A DNA stretch of 64,000 nt from Blastocystis sp. Blastoise (Eukaryota > Protista > Bigyra: Opalinata). Positions within the stretch are counted from its first letter, which is position 1. The number at the start of each line of letters is the position of its first letter. The DNA lies in NCBI GenBank assembly GCA_039096225.1, contig JBBPEB010000029.1, positions 1-64,000 of the forward strand, given 5' to 3'. The position numbers were made by a program, and so were the translations under genes. Below are positions 28,201 through 41,886 of this stretch, piece after piece. The notes beneath the pieces are model-generated. The model saw only the letters and a list, made by a program, of their open reading frames with translations, ran no database searches and was not told where the DNA came from.

Positions 28201-29360
28201 CCAATTTATCATTGACAACATCTTGTTCAAATCAAAGACTTATGTTTCTTTATTTGGCAACAAAATTTTCGATATATATAGATTATTAAATAATAAAATA
28301 TATTCCAATAGAATCTTCTCACAGACTAATTCAAGAAATTCTCCTGTCATTTAAAACAATATTTGCTTCTCATTCATAAATTTTTGAATTATTAAGCATT
28401 CACATTCTTTAAAACAATTTACTTACCACAATGCTATCATTGAATACATTTTTTGTTCAAAACATGATTCTCTTGTTTAAGAAAACAATAAAGAAAACGC
28501 TTTTAAGTAGCTATACTATTCTAAATTCTTATATCTTATTAATTCACACAAACAAAGGAGATATTTTTGACTAGAATACATTCAAAATTATAAAATATCA
28601 TTTTTAAAAATCTAAATTCACTCAATATCACTTTAGATTCATATCAAAGTTATGTTTTTCTCCTTACTCAAGTTAATAATAACCCATAAATAGCAGTTCA
28701 TCAACCCTTACATTTTAATTTATTATTCCTTGTTGCTATAATAAAATCCCTTCTAGAATAAAGCTTAATTTCTCTTTTCCAGAATATCTTGTTCCACTTT
28801 ATACGAAGAAAAATAATTAGAAACCATAAAATAGAACTAATTACTCAAAAAAACGGCAGAATCAGCTAGTTACTTCTTTCATAGAATCTCTTCAATAGAT
28901 CATTAAAGTGATTCTATCATTATAATCAAATTTTGTCCATAAAATACATCATATTACTTAAAAAAACAAAAAAAATAATAAACAACTGACAAAGAATCAT
29001 TGATCCACATGAATTAATAAATTTTCAATTAGTTTTACAGAAAATTGTGTGATGACATGATAATGACAATGTATGCCTCTCTATATCTGTCAGCAAAATA
29101 AGCCATTCTTATTAGTTGCTTCGTTGTGTCGCACACTGTCTGTCTTTATTCTCGAATAATCTGAAGAGAAGAGAAAAAAGTCGAATTGTCTGGAAGGTTC
29201 TATTCACGAATATTTTGGTCTTAGTACTTATTAATAGAATCTCTCCCAGAATTCTTCCGATACCCAAACTTCTGATAAGAGAAATATTGATAATAACAGC
29301 TCTTTTTTTTTGTTGGATATAGATACTCCATAAATATTTTTATTTACTTATATATAAATC

Positions 29361-30440
29361 ATGTCTGGTGCTTTATCTTTCTTACATCCTGGTGTTCTTA
29401 CTGGTGACGAAACTGAAAAACTTTTCCGTTATGCTCAAGAACAAGGATTTGCTATTCCTGCCTTCAACTGTACTTCTTCTTCTACTGTCAATGCTGTTTT
29501 AGAAGGTGCTAAGGCTGTCAACTCTCCCGTCATCATTCAATTCTCTAATGGTGGTGCTGCTTTCTTCTGTGGTAAGGCTATTAAGGGTGATAACCAATAT
29601 TCTGCTGTTCAAGGTGCTATTGCTGGAGCTAAATACGTTCATGCCGTTGCTGCTCTTTACGGAATTCCCGTTGTTTTACATACTGATCATTGTGCCAAGA
29701 AACTTCTTCCTTGGTTAGATGGTTGTCTTGATGAAGATGAAGATTACTTCAACAAGTATGGACATGCTCTTTTCTCTTCTCATATGATCGATTTATCTAT
29801 TGAAAAACTCGATGATAACATTGAAATCACCAAGAAGTATCTTGAAAGATGCAACAAGGTTGGTGTTCTTCTTGAAATGGAAATCGGTGTTACTGGAGGT
29901 GAAGAAGATGGTGTTGATAACACTGCTGTCTCTAACAATGCTCTTTATTCTCAACCTGAAGAAATTGATCACGTCTACACTGAATTAGGTAAGATTACTT
30001 CCAGATTCACTGTTGCTGCTGCTTTCGGTAACGTTCATGGTGTTTATGCTCCTGGTAACGTCAAGCTTCAACCTCAAATTCTTCACAACGCTCAACAATA
30101 CGTTGCTGAAAAACACTCCCTCTCTGTCAAGCACCCCGTTATGCTTGTTTTCCATGGTGGTAGTGGTTCTCTTCCTGAAGAAATCACCTATGCTGTCAAG
30201 GCTGGTGTTGTCAAGATGAACATTGATACTGATACTCAATGGGCTTATTGGGAAGGTCTTAAGAACTTCTATGAAGAAAAGAAGGCTTATCTTCAAGGAC
30301 AAATTGGTAATCCTGAAGGTCCTGAAAAACCTAATAAGAAGTATTATGATCCTCGTGTTTGGGTTAGAAAGAGTGAAGAAACTATGAGAGATCGTGTCAA
30401 GCTTGCTTTTGAAAGACTTGGTGGATGCAATCGTAACTAA
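29361..30440 (+). CDS. FBA1: Fructose-bisphosphate aldolase class II (type A, FbaA/Fba1-like)
   Basis: Intronless 359-aa ORF with HTDHCAKKLLPW, FSSHMIDLS, EIGVTGGEEDG, FGNVHGVY, VFHGGSG and PNKKYYDPRVW. Strong codon bias. Confidence 0.97.
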   Translation: MSGALSFLHPGVLTGDETEKLFRYAQEQGFAIPAFNCTSSSTVNAVLEGAKAVNSPVIIQFSNGGAAFFCGKAIKGDNQYSAVQGAIAGAKYVHAVAALYGIPVVLHTDHCAKKLLPWLDGCLDEDEDYFNKYGHALFSSHMIDLSIEKLDDNIEITKKYLERCNKVGVLLEMEIGVTGGEEDGVDNTAVSNNALYSQPEEIDHVYTELGKITSRFTVAAAFGNVHGVYAPGNVKLQPQILHNAQQYVAEKHSLSVKHPVMLVFHGGSGSLPEEITYAVKAGVVKMNIDTDTQWAYWEGLKNFYEEKKAYLQGQIGNPEGPEKPNKKYYDPRVWVRKSEETMRDRVKLAFERLGGCNRN

Positions 30441-30697
30441 ATGATTGAGTGATATATATATATAATAATATATATGTATATCAAAAAAAAAAACTATATT
30501 TATTAGCTGTATACTATAAAAAATTAAAATGCTTTGAAATATGTGTTTTGTTATAATATTTTATTTATGTTATACTACAAGGATAAATCGAGATATTTTA
30601 GTAATAATAAGTAAATATATTTTCTAAAAATCAATTATTATGTCAATAATAATATTATAATACATGAAATGATAATAAGTACGTTATAAATAATTAT

Positions 30698-30885
30698 TTA
30701 TTTTTCTATGTCCATAGAGAGTGAAGGTTCTTGGTCACTAGTACTGTCATCATCACTTTCTATATAATTTAAAGTAGATTGAATAGTATCTTTCTGATGA
30801 ATATCTTCAGAAGTTAAATTTTTTTTAATATTTAATGAATCAAATACAACTTGTAATCTTGTTGACAAAGGAACAATGTTATATC

Positions 30886-30925
<40 letters not shown>

Positions 30926-31233
30926 TTATTAAAATAATTCTAGTTTTTATAATATAAGAAAAGTGAAAGTTCATTATATTATTCATAATTGAAAGACTTG
31001 ATATATATTTTATAATAAGTATATAAAGTATAGTTTATAATAAATATATACGGAAATAAGGATTGAATTTGTTTGGAATTAATTTGTTTGAAAACAGGAA
31101 GAAGAGATTTATAGATAAGTTGACGATCCGCCAGAGTTACAAGTGGACAATTACTCTAGAGAATATATATAATGGAAAATATATATATATATATATATAT
31201 AATGGAAAAAAAAAATATATATATATATAATGG

Positions 31234-31276
<43 letters not shown>

Positions 31277-32152
31277 TTCAATATCTTTAGTCAATAGAAA
31301 TAGGAAATTGAGTAGATATTGTAAGAAGTTTAAATTAGTAACAAGATATTCAATGAATATATTAGAGTCTTTTCCAATAATTGTATATAAAGATTCGTAA
31401 TTAATATAAGGATTCGTACATTGATTTAATAGGGATATCAACGAATTCTCTATATATATATTATATATTATAATAATATATTCCATATTATTTATATATT
31501 CATAATAAATACGGTAAATAGATGAAGGAACTGTAGTTGATTTTACTATTTATATATAATAGAGAGTATTCATATAAATATAATAAAAATATTCATATAA
31601 ATATATAATAAATATATAATAAATATAGAATAAATATATAATAAATATAGAATAACTAGAGAAGAATAGCATACATAATTGATATATAGTTAATGAGTCA
31701 ATTAAATAGAAGAATAAGATGTCATCATTTTCGGTAATTGTATTTAATATATGTGTATAGACAGTTTGTGTATATAATACAGGAATGATTTGAATATGTG
31801 AAGAAATAGCTGTAATACCATCATATATACGTAATTGAGTCGGTGTAGGAATCTAGAAAAAAAGAAAATACAAGAAATATATATAGCAAGTAGTAATTTA
31901 TAGAAAAGATCATTAATGTATAAAAAATGTTATTCATATATATGATTAATAAACAGGTTTTAACTATATTATTAAATAGATAAGTTATATATAGAAAATA
32001 AAAAGATGATATACTTAAATATATATATAATATATACTGCATCTGTTTTAAGTGTAAGAAGATATAGGAGATATTTAAAGATAAAGGAATAAAAATGCAT
32101 GTTTGTAGTTACATATAGAGAGAAATGCTCCGGTTTGGGGTTCACTAGAATG

Positions 32153-32190
<38 letters not shown>

Positions 32191-33768
32191 GAATAATACT
32201 AATAAATAGAAGACTGATAAAAAAAAACATAAAATATATATTCATGAATCAATATAAAAAATATACATGACTTAATAAGCGTGATATATTGTTTGATAAC
32301 TGAGTTAATAAGTAAGAAGAATTGATGATTAAAAGAATAGGTTAATAATACTTTATAAATCTATAGATCATATTATTATTTTCTATTATATAAATAAATG
32401 AAGGATTAATAGAGTATATAAAAATAAACTTATATATCAAAACAACGCTAATATATATAATAATTCAATAGATATAAGCAACTAAAAGATCCATATACTT
32501 TGAATAAATAGATATGTAAACAGCAGAAATCTTCATAATTACTCATAATAGTTTGATTGCTATATATACTGTGAAACACGGTCTCATAGAGTTGAAATGA
32601 AAGTAGTTTATCGATATATTGATTAATTTGAGATCCTTCTGATTTCTTCCAGGAAAGAGACAGCGAATAAACCAATTTCAGAACATGTAGTAATATAGAA
32701 TAAGATAAAGTGGGCTCTACCATTAATATATGAGATACTATCACTTCAAATAAAGGAGTAAAAAACTCAAAAAACATATTATATAATTTCTATAAAAATA
32801 AAAATTATTCAAGATTATTAATAGATATATATGAATATAATATAATGTTATTCCTAATGTAAACCATATTCATATATTTAAATATATATTATAATATTTT
32901 TTATATAAATTAAATATAATTATAAATACATACTGGATGAGGTTTATTTTTATCACTCTTTCTATATATATTAACGAACTATTAATCAATCTATATACAT
33001 AATATATTTGAGTTCTTTTAATAACAATATCAATGCTTCTGAAAAATATAGAGTTCCTCTTGGATCTATATATATTAATATTATTATTAATTAAGAAAAT
33101 AATAATAAGAATAATAATAATAAGAATAATAATAATAAACATTATAATAATAAATACTATAATAATAACAATCATATATACCATAATAATAAACATAAAA
33201 ATAATAAAAACATAAATATGAATTACCTTGTATTCCATTCGAATAAGACCGGATTATGTATTGTAATGATTGACGAATCACCTTAAGAGCTAAATAAGGA
33301 TTCTCATAACTAAATATATATATATTAAATCAATAAAACCAAATAGAAATTCAAAACAATGCCTAAAAAAACATACATTACAGAGTCTTTATTATCTAAA
33401 AGAGTAAAAACTTGATTGAATAATGGAATAAAAGAACATATTGCTCTGCAAGCAACATAATTAATCACCTTATCACTATTTGTTATATATGTTATCTATA
33501 GAAACTAAATAAATCATAACAAAAATAAATTCTTTACAATTCTTTTTATATTATCATCCGTTAAATGATTCACCTCAACAAGTAAATCATTTACATCCAT
33601 AGATTCACCACGATTATCATTATCATATCGAATTGTTGACAACACACTCAAATCATTCACATAATATGAATCATTGACCACCTAGAATCGCTTATATTTA
33701 TATTTTGTTTAAATATATACAGAGAATTTTTGTAGTTGACTGATTTGATACTGAAGAACAGAATCCAT
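30698..33768 (-). CDS. LINS1: Protein Lines homolog (Lines_N/Lines_C)
   Basis: About 14 exons phased with canonical introns. The product has ITENDDILFYLIDSL, NPYINYESLYTIIGKDSNIFIEYLVTNLNFLQYLL and FPYNIVPLSTRL, matching the Lines EQDD, NPH..FD..L and FPYN.xPL.RL motifs. Confidence 0.75.
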
Positions 33769-34588
33769 TACTTAAATTTAAGATAATATAAATTGAAAAT
33801 GAGTGTAATAGTATTGTTAGACAAATTATAAGCAAAAATAAAAGCTTAAATGAATAAAATATAAATATATAAAAGAAACTCAACTTTCTTTGTTTTTCTA
33901 TTTAATAATTATTTTTATTAAAGTATAATTCAATTCATTGTCAATTATTTTTGAAAAAATGATAGATGAATGATTTTGAGGTATAAAAATATTTTTATAG
34001 GATCATAGGATTGTATCATCATCATTTGTATCATCATTCATGTAAGAATTGATTCTTTTTCCTTTTTATGAATATCATATCTATTTTTTTTAGATGATAT
34101 GAGTGAGTTTTATTATGAAGAACAGTAGATAATCCATAAAACAGCAACTATTATTCTGCATATGACTACATTAGTTTTCACTCAAGGAATATTGTCATTA
34201 TTTCTTCTATTTCATTTACCAAAGCGTTGATCCATGAAATTTCTGATGAAGAAAAGTATAGTTTGTTAACATTTATTTAAATTTCCAATGAATTGTTGTT
34301 TGAATTATCAAAAGAATCTAGATTTTATACTACTAATCTATTTTACTCTGCGTAAACTATATTAAAAAATGATGAATCGACTTTTTGTGAATCATTTATA
34401 GAAAAAATTGACTCATTTTCTTGCAAAAAAGTAATTAAGCATTCATATTCGTTAATTCTATTTAAAAATAATTTATATATATATTTAAAAAAAATCATAA
34501 TAAAGAAAACCTCATACAAAACGAATTATTCAACATCTAAAACACATATAAAAAAGTAAAAGAAGTTTAGAATATCAAGTTGTTGATA

Positions 34589-35854
34589 TTAATGCTTATG
34601 TTTACTAGCAAAGGTCAAATAAGATGTATGACCACGAATTACATGAGTTCCTTGTGCATACCAACGTTCATTCGTTTCTAAAGGAACAAACAATGGTTTT
34701 GATTGTTTATTCTTATTTTTTATTTCTTCACTTTCATTTTCATCTTTATTTGTCTGAGTTTCATCTATAATACTTTCTTCTTCTTTATTTACATTGATAT
34801 TCATATTATTATTCTCTTCTTCTTCTTCTTCTTCTTCATCATCATCTTTTGTTCGTTTTACGCTGGAAGTAGGAGATTCGATTTCCATGGGAGACGAAGA
34901 TAATTCTGGTTTAATATTCACAAAACCGTGGTTTTGTACTTCAAAGGGGCAACTTATACATTCTATAGTCTCTATTACTATAATCATAATAGTATATAAA
35001 TATATATATATTATTAATAATAATAATAAATATATAGTTTAACAGTGTTTTAAATATCTAAATAATAATAAATAAGATGAATATAAGTATAGTCTATATA
35101 TATAGATACAATCGAATCCAAGTTGTCTCATAGTTTGTGTATTTCGTTGTACTTGCTCGATACAAGGAGAGAAACAGCAGACACGACCTCCTTTACGAAG
35201 GCAATTATATGCAGAAGAAAGAGCTATAGAGTATAATAATAAGAATCATAAGAATCATATATTTATGTATATCTTGATTTATATATGTTGATTGATTAGA
35301 AAATAGAATAAAAAGACTATTCATAAACTTTTTACTATTCATATTATATAATAGCCACAATAATAAAAATATTTATTATAAAAATAAAAAAAAATATAAA
35401 ATAAAAAAATGTATAAATAAAAAGAATACTATATACAATAAAAAGAATACTATATATAATAATAACAATACTATATACAATAATAACAATACTATATACC
35501 TTCATAAGGTTTGGGGAGGTCAAGAAAAACAGCATCTACAAGTTGACCTCGTTTCATTAATTCTTCATTATTATTATTCTCTTCTAATTTACATTCTAAG
35601 CCATCGGTATATACATCACGATAATTAATTGTTATAATGGAATCCAATTTATTCTGAATAAACTCCTTCTTGGCTTCTTCAACTCTAACCTTATTATATT
35701 CATATGTCCATAAATGACCATTAGGATAAATAGTTTGAGCAAAAGCAGTTGATAAAGCACCACTTCCCGTACCTATTTATATATATATATATATATTATT
35801 AAATCTATTTATAGAACATAATATAGAATTATAATCATTAAAACATAACAAGTG

Positions 35855-35931
<77 letters not shown>

Positions 35932-36249
35932 AGATTCAATTACAGTACTTCCTGACTTTAAATGCAAATTGCAAATAATAATACTAGAATCCATAGGAAA
36001 AATAATTTGAGTTCTTGTTTTCAGAGATGCAGACCATAAATATGGATCTGGAGCCAATACATAAAGCCATTTTCCTACAGTCGAACGAATAAGAGAACCG
36101 TAGGGTTTTCCGATGATATCATTATGACGAAAAGAACCAAGTTGATTTTGATGAGTTGCATCTTTCTTCATATATATAGCTGTAGTTTGGTCATGTCTCT
36201 CATACAAAATAACTAAATCGCCTTCTTCTATTATACGCTTCTTTTCCAT
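34589..36249 (-). CDS. TRM61: tRNA (adenine58-N1)-methyltransferase catalytic subunit
   Basis: Four exons. RTQIIF, VIESGTGSGALS, DAVFLDLPKP, FSPCIEQV and GHTSYLTFA motifs. Confidence 0.95.
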
Positions 36250-36513
36250 ATTACTGATTCCACTTATACTACAATTAAAGGTGAATAAACTTAACTATGA
36301 TTTCTTTCTTTTTTTGGCTTTTAAAAAGTGAAATCTCCATGAAAAATAAAAAACAGCTTTGTTTTTTTTTAAAAAATGTTTTTTTGTTTGTTACAAATTA
36401 TTGAAGCATTATTTTGATTAAAAGTATAGATATCTTATTTGCAGCTCTATTTTTGTGATTCTATTTTACACTATCATCATTATCTTTTTATGTAGGAAAT
36501 TCATTTTAGTACC

Positions 36514-37039
36514 ATGGATGTCGATAACACTCCCTCTCTATCAGGTATGCAAATAAGATCGATTATCTATGCTATATTTACTATCTATTTCTATAGATGA
36601 TGAATTTGATCCTTCCTGTATATATTTGTTTCTTTTCTTATAGTTCAAAGAAATTATATAAAATAATACTCTACAGCTGCTTACAGAAATGAAATGACAT
36701 TTAATCCAACTTCATTAGATCCTGTTCCATTAAATACATTGATTGCTCATATTCAAGAAACGTATCTTTTAAATATATTTTTATGATAACGATATATATA
36801 CATATATAATTATAATTCTAATAGATTACCAAGAATTGGGTATGGTGAATCTATCAATCTATATTCAAAGAATGAAGAAGATATTAAAAAGGTATATATA
36901 AAAGTTTATTTAAAGAAATCTATAAATAATATTATATTCTATTTGTTATAATAATATAGGTAGCAAACTTAATATCGTTATTAATTGATTATAAAACATC
37001 AAATGACTTTAATAATAAAGAAGTATGTAGTAGTATTGC

Positions 37040-37095
<56 letters not shown>

Positions 37096-38932
37096 CTTGT
37101 AGAAGCCAATGATGTCACTGTTCTAGATAATGCTGTATATATATATATAAGATTATTTATTAGTTAATATTAATTATATATACGATTATTTATAAGTTAT
37201 TATTAATTATATATAAATTATTTATAAGTTAATATTAATTATATATAAATTATAAGTTAATATCATAAATATATAAGATTATTTATAAGTTAATATTAAT
37301 TATAAAATTATTTATAAGATATATTATATTTATAAGATTATTTATAAGTTATTATTAATTATATATAAAATTATAAGTTAATATCATAAATATATACATA
37401 GCGTTTAAAAAATGATAAAAGAGAATTAATTGAACAATGTACAAATCAGAATTATGTATATATATGCTATTTATATATACTATCTCTGTTGTATCTATAG
37501 AAAATAAATGCTTTAAATGATGAAATTAATGTATATATATATATATATAAGCTTTTAACTATACTATATAGTTATTAAGAAAGAAATGTCAAGATATAAA
37601 GAATGAGAGTGAAATGAAACTGAAGGATATATATACACAATTCTTAAATATTCAACATAAAGATACTCAATATCAAGTATATATATATATATGATTCTAT
37701 ATTAGTTTCTATAATATAATAATATTCTATATAAAATATATATATTGGTTTAATAATATTCTAGTTAAATTTTGTTACTATAATTATGAATATTCTATAT
37801 ATATATATATATATAATAGGCTATACAGAAGAAGAAGGATGCAGAAATGGACCGTCTTAAAGATCGATTGGCTCAAATCGTTACAAAATCGTCCGGAGAA
37901 CGAAGTAATATTCTTCGACCTATTGGCGTTCGTCCCGCCAAATATCAAGCTGTACGTGACGCAGCTGGATATATTCGTACAGTATCTAATCTATATAATA
38001 CTATTACTATTATTTTATCTATCTTTATATTATATATCTATATATATATATTTATTTTTTACTTATAATTATACTCTATTTTTAATTCTTTATTATAATT
38101 ATATTCTATTTTTATTTTTACTTATAATTATACACTATTTTTAATTTTTTATTATATAATAATAATTATTTTTATTATTTCACAATATATGTTTATAGGA
38201 GGATCGAAGTCGCTTTGATAGTAAACCTCTTTCTCCTTCTATTAATCCCCGCGGGAATAATGTGTCAAATGAAATTCGTAGTCAAATGGAAGAATTAAAT
38301 AGGAAGATTCTAGAAGAAAATAGATTAAGAGAATTAATTAATAGTACGTCACTTCAAGTCGATAGTAAATTGGCAGAAGAAAATAATCAAATGAGAAAAA
38401 CTATTGATGAACTTCAAATTCTTCTTAAAGTAGATATATATATATATAGGTGTTTCTATAGTTTTTTTTTAAATTTTTATACATGATTATTTGAAAATAT
38501 TTATAATAATTATATAGAAATATGTTTATTTATATTGAATGTATATTATATATATCAATATATAGGATATGTTAAAGCGTCAAGATGAATTAGCGAATCG
38601 CTATAAATTGCCCGCCATCTCAACCCCGCTACGAAAATCAGAATCAAGCTCTTTATCACCTATCAACTTTACTCCTTATATTGGTATATATATATATTTA
38701 TTGTTTTATATTGTTTTTACTTTCTTTATATATATATTATATATTTATATATTGTTTTTACTTTCTTTATATATATATTATATATTTATATATTGTTTTA
38801 CTTTCTTTATATATGTATATATATAAAGGGAATGCTCCTTATGCTACGAATAAAGATGATGTTCGTGATAATTATATGGGTCGATTAGCGAAGTTTAATT
38901 ATCAATATGAATTACTCAAAAGTGCAAAAGAC

Positions 38933-38969
<37 letters not shown>

Positions 38970-39324
38970 AGTATTCTTAAAATTATTTTTTACTACTCTC
39001 ATAATCTATGAGAATAATAATAATTATATACCTTTAGTTATTCTACTATTCTATAAATAATTATAATTATATATTTAGCAAACTATTGAAGAATTAAAAT
39101 CGTTCTTAGAACAAGCTCAACAAATTATTAAAGAACAGAATCAAATAATCGCGGGACAATTAGAAGTACCTACAGTAAAACTTCTTCCTTCTCCTAAAAC
39201 ATTATATTATGACGAAGAAGAAGAAGACATGCAAAATCTACTTAAAACTATTGAAGAGAAAAGTGATTATTTAACTAATGAACAAAATATGTATTCTGAT
39301 AATATGATGAATGATGATGAGTAA
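36514..39324 (+). CDS. Afadin/alpha-actinin-binding (ADIP/SSX2IP/Msd1-like) coiled-coil protein
   Basis: About 14 exons phased. The segment QHKDTQYQAIQKKKDAEMDRLKDRLAQIV matches the end of the ADIP domain; the N-terminus has IAHIQETLPRIGY. Confidence 0.65.
37135..37400 (+). repeat. Intronic AT-rich minisatellite
   Basis: Repeated taagattatttataagttaatattaattatata units fill one intron of the ADIP gene. Confidence 0.75.
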
Positions 39325-39927
39325 ATAATATATAAACATTTTATTCATGATATCTATCTATTTAATACTCTATACTACTCTTTATAATTCTTGGTTCTCT
39401 TTGTTCTTATCTTCAATTCTTGTTTTCTAATTGCTATTTCTGTCTATATATACATATATATGTAGTATTCTTATGTATTTCTTATATTTTTATCTCTATA
39501 CTATTCATTCATGTAAATATATATTTTTTCTTGCATTCTTTTTTATATAATAACAATCAATTATATATATTTAAATAATAAACAACTCGTTTTTTTAATA
39601 CTTTTTTTTATCATATTAACAATATCAATAAGAAACTATTATATAAAACATATATTATATATCGATGATATATGTGGTATTATAAATATTATTGATCTCT
39701 TTTAAATTAAAAAACTAGTATATTCAATTAACAACAACACGGATTCACTGTAAATCAAATCCCAAGAATTATAATAAAAACAAATGTTATAAAAAAAAAA
39801 ACATAAAACTTCTTAAAAAAATGATAAAAACAAACATTAAAAAATAATTTTATCAATACAAATATTGACTAGTGACTATATATAACAAATAATATATATA
39901 TATATATATATATATAATAAATATATC

Positions 39928-41511
39928 TTAGTTTAATAGATGATTTTTGTAGTTGAAGGAAGTGCATCTTCTTCTTCTTCATCACTATTTCCTTGTGTTT
40001 CTTCTTTTTCTTCTATTTTCTTATGAACTAACTTAAATGGCTCTTCTAACATTACTTTAATATTTAATAAATCGTCCTCCATTTCTTGATCTAATATATT
40101 TAATGTATTTGTTTGTTCATTTAAGGTCTATATAGAAAATATAGTTATTTAATAATATATAAAAAATAGTTATTTAATAATATATAAAAATAGTTATTTA
40201 ATAATATATAAAAAATAGTTATTTAATTATATATAAAAATGTGAGTAAATAATATATAAATTATAGTTAATAAATAATACATAAATAAATATGAAACATA
40301 TATATATATATACTTGAAGAACTTGTGATTGTTGTGAGGGTTCAAGTGAAACGACAGGCATGTTTTGATATTCAGCACTATTCAGAAAAGCATCAATACC
40401 ATCCAAACTAGCTTTTGGTCCCCTAGGAAGAAAGTATTTATATATAATATAATAATAAATAATATAATAATAAATAATATATATATATATAGAATAATAA
40501 ATAATAGAATATATACTTTGGATCCATGAGATTATCTTTAATACCTCGAATATTCTGTTGTAATTCTGTTTCTGTATTTGATAACGGTATACCTTTCATA
40601 TTAATTTGATGAATCTTAGATAATACCTATATATATATATATATTTATGTTAAATAGAAATATTTATAAAAATAATAGTATAAAAAAAATATATATTTAT
40701 AAAAAAATATTAAATATAGAATAATATGCTATATATACATTAATTAATTTGATTTCTAGTTTATTTTGCATATCTGACAATACAGTCATTTGATTATGAC
40801 TCATGTGACTTTGACGATTTAAATCATTCAATAGACTCTTAAGTCTCTATACATAATTATAATATATATAATAATAAAAATAAATATAATAAAAATAAAT
40901 ATAATAATAGAAATAAATATAATAAAAATAAATATAATAATAAAAATAAACATAAATATAAACATAATAATTATAAAAACAAAAATAATCATCATAAAAA
41001 TAACAATAAACTTAATTTACATTTAATTGTTCCATGAGTGATCTTGCTAATGTATCTTGATTATGTTTACGAGCGTGAAGTTGTTCAAAGCCAATCACAT
41101 AATCAGGGACTAATGAATCTGGCATAGGATTCTCAGCTTCAAATTGATCGTAAATATCGATAGGCATAGCTATTTGACGATTCATACTAAACAAGAGAAA
41201 ACAAAAGAGTAGAGATGCAATAAATAAATATAAATTTATATTAAACAAGACACATACTGAGGGTTATACATATTTTTCTGTTCGGGTTGAACTTGCTTAT
41301 ATACAATTGTTTTGAATGGAGAATTGGGAGTATTCTCATATCTAAGGTATGAAATAAACAAATACATCAACAATATAAATACAATCTCTGAAGTGATTGA
41401 AGATACGATGTCACGCTGAGATCTATGGATGAATAATAATATTAGATCGATATTTCATATATGCGTTGCTACTAGTATCTACATACATTTCGGGTCTGTT
41501 TGAGGATTCAT
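39928..41511 (-). CDS. NUP54: Nucleoporin Nup54/Nup57 homolog
   Basis: Eight exons. SPFKTIVYK and YDQFEAENPMPDSLVPDYVIGFEQLHAR followed by a coiled-coil are typical of the Nup54 domain. Confidence 0.8.
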
Positions 41512-41886
41512 AAGGATATTACGATAAAAAATAAATAGCAAAATAAACTAATTTGAAAACCAAAGCTATTTCTATAATTATTTTATAAACATAAGCATTT
41601 TTTTCATTTTATTCATTCTTACAACAGTTTTAAGGGGTTTCTATAGGTATCCGTCGGCTTTTTGCGGCAATTTGAAGCCAAAAGAAAAATACCATAAAAG
41701 TATAGAAACCCTGAAATTTACTAAAAAAGGTTGAATAAAAAGACAGCTTTTGCTTTTATCCAATTCCCCGTGATTCTTGTGATAAATTTAAGCTGAATAT
41801 TTTATTCATATCAAACTCTAAATATTGTTTGTTTTCATTTTCAGTCGCTTTTATTCCATTCTTTTTCTGATCTAGATAACTCACAA

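Noticed and set aside
36762-36825. GTATCTTT donor resembling a U12-type 5' splice site (also GTATCTTG at 41917)
   Set aside because: Not the GTATCCTT consensus and no CCTTAAC branch point; compatible with ordinary U2 introns.
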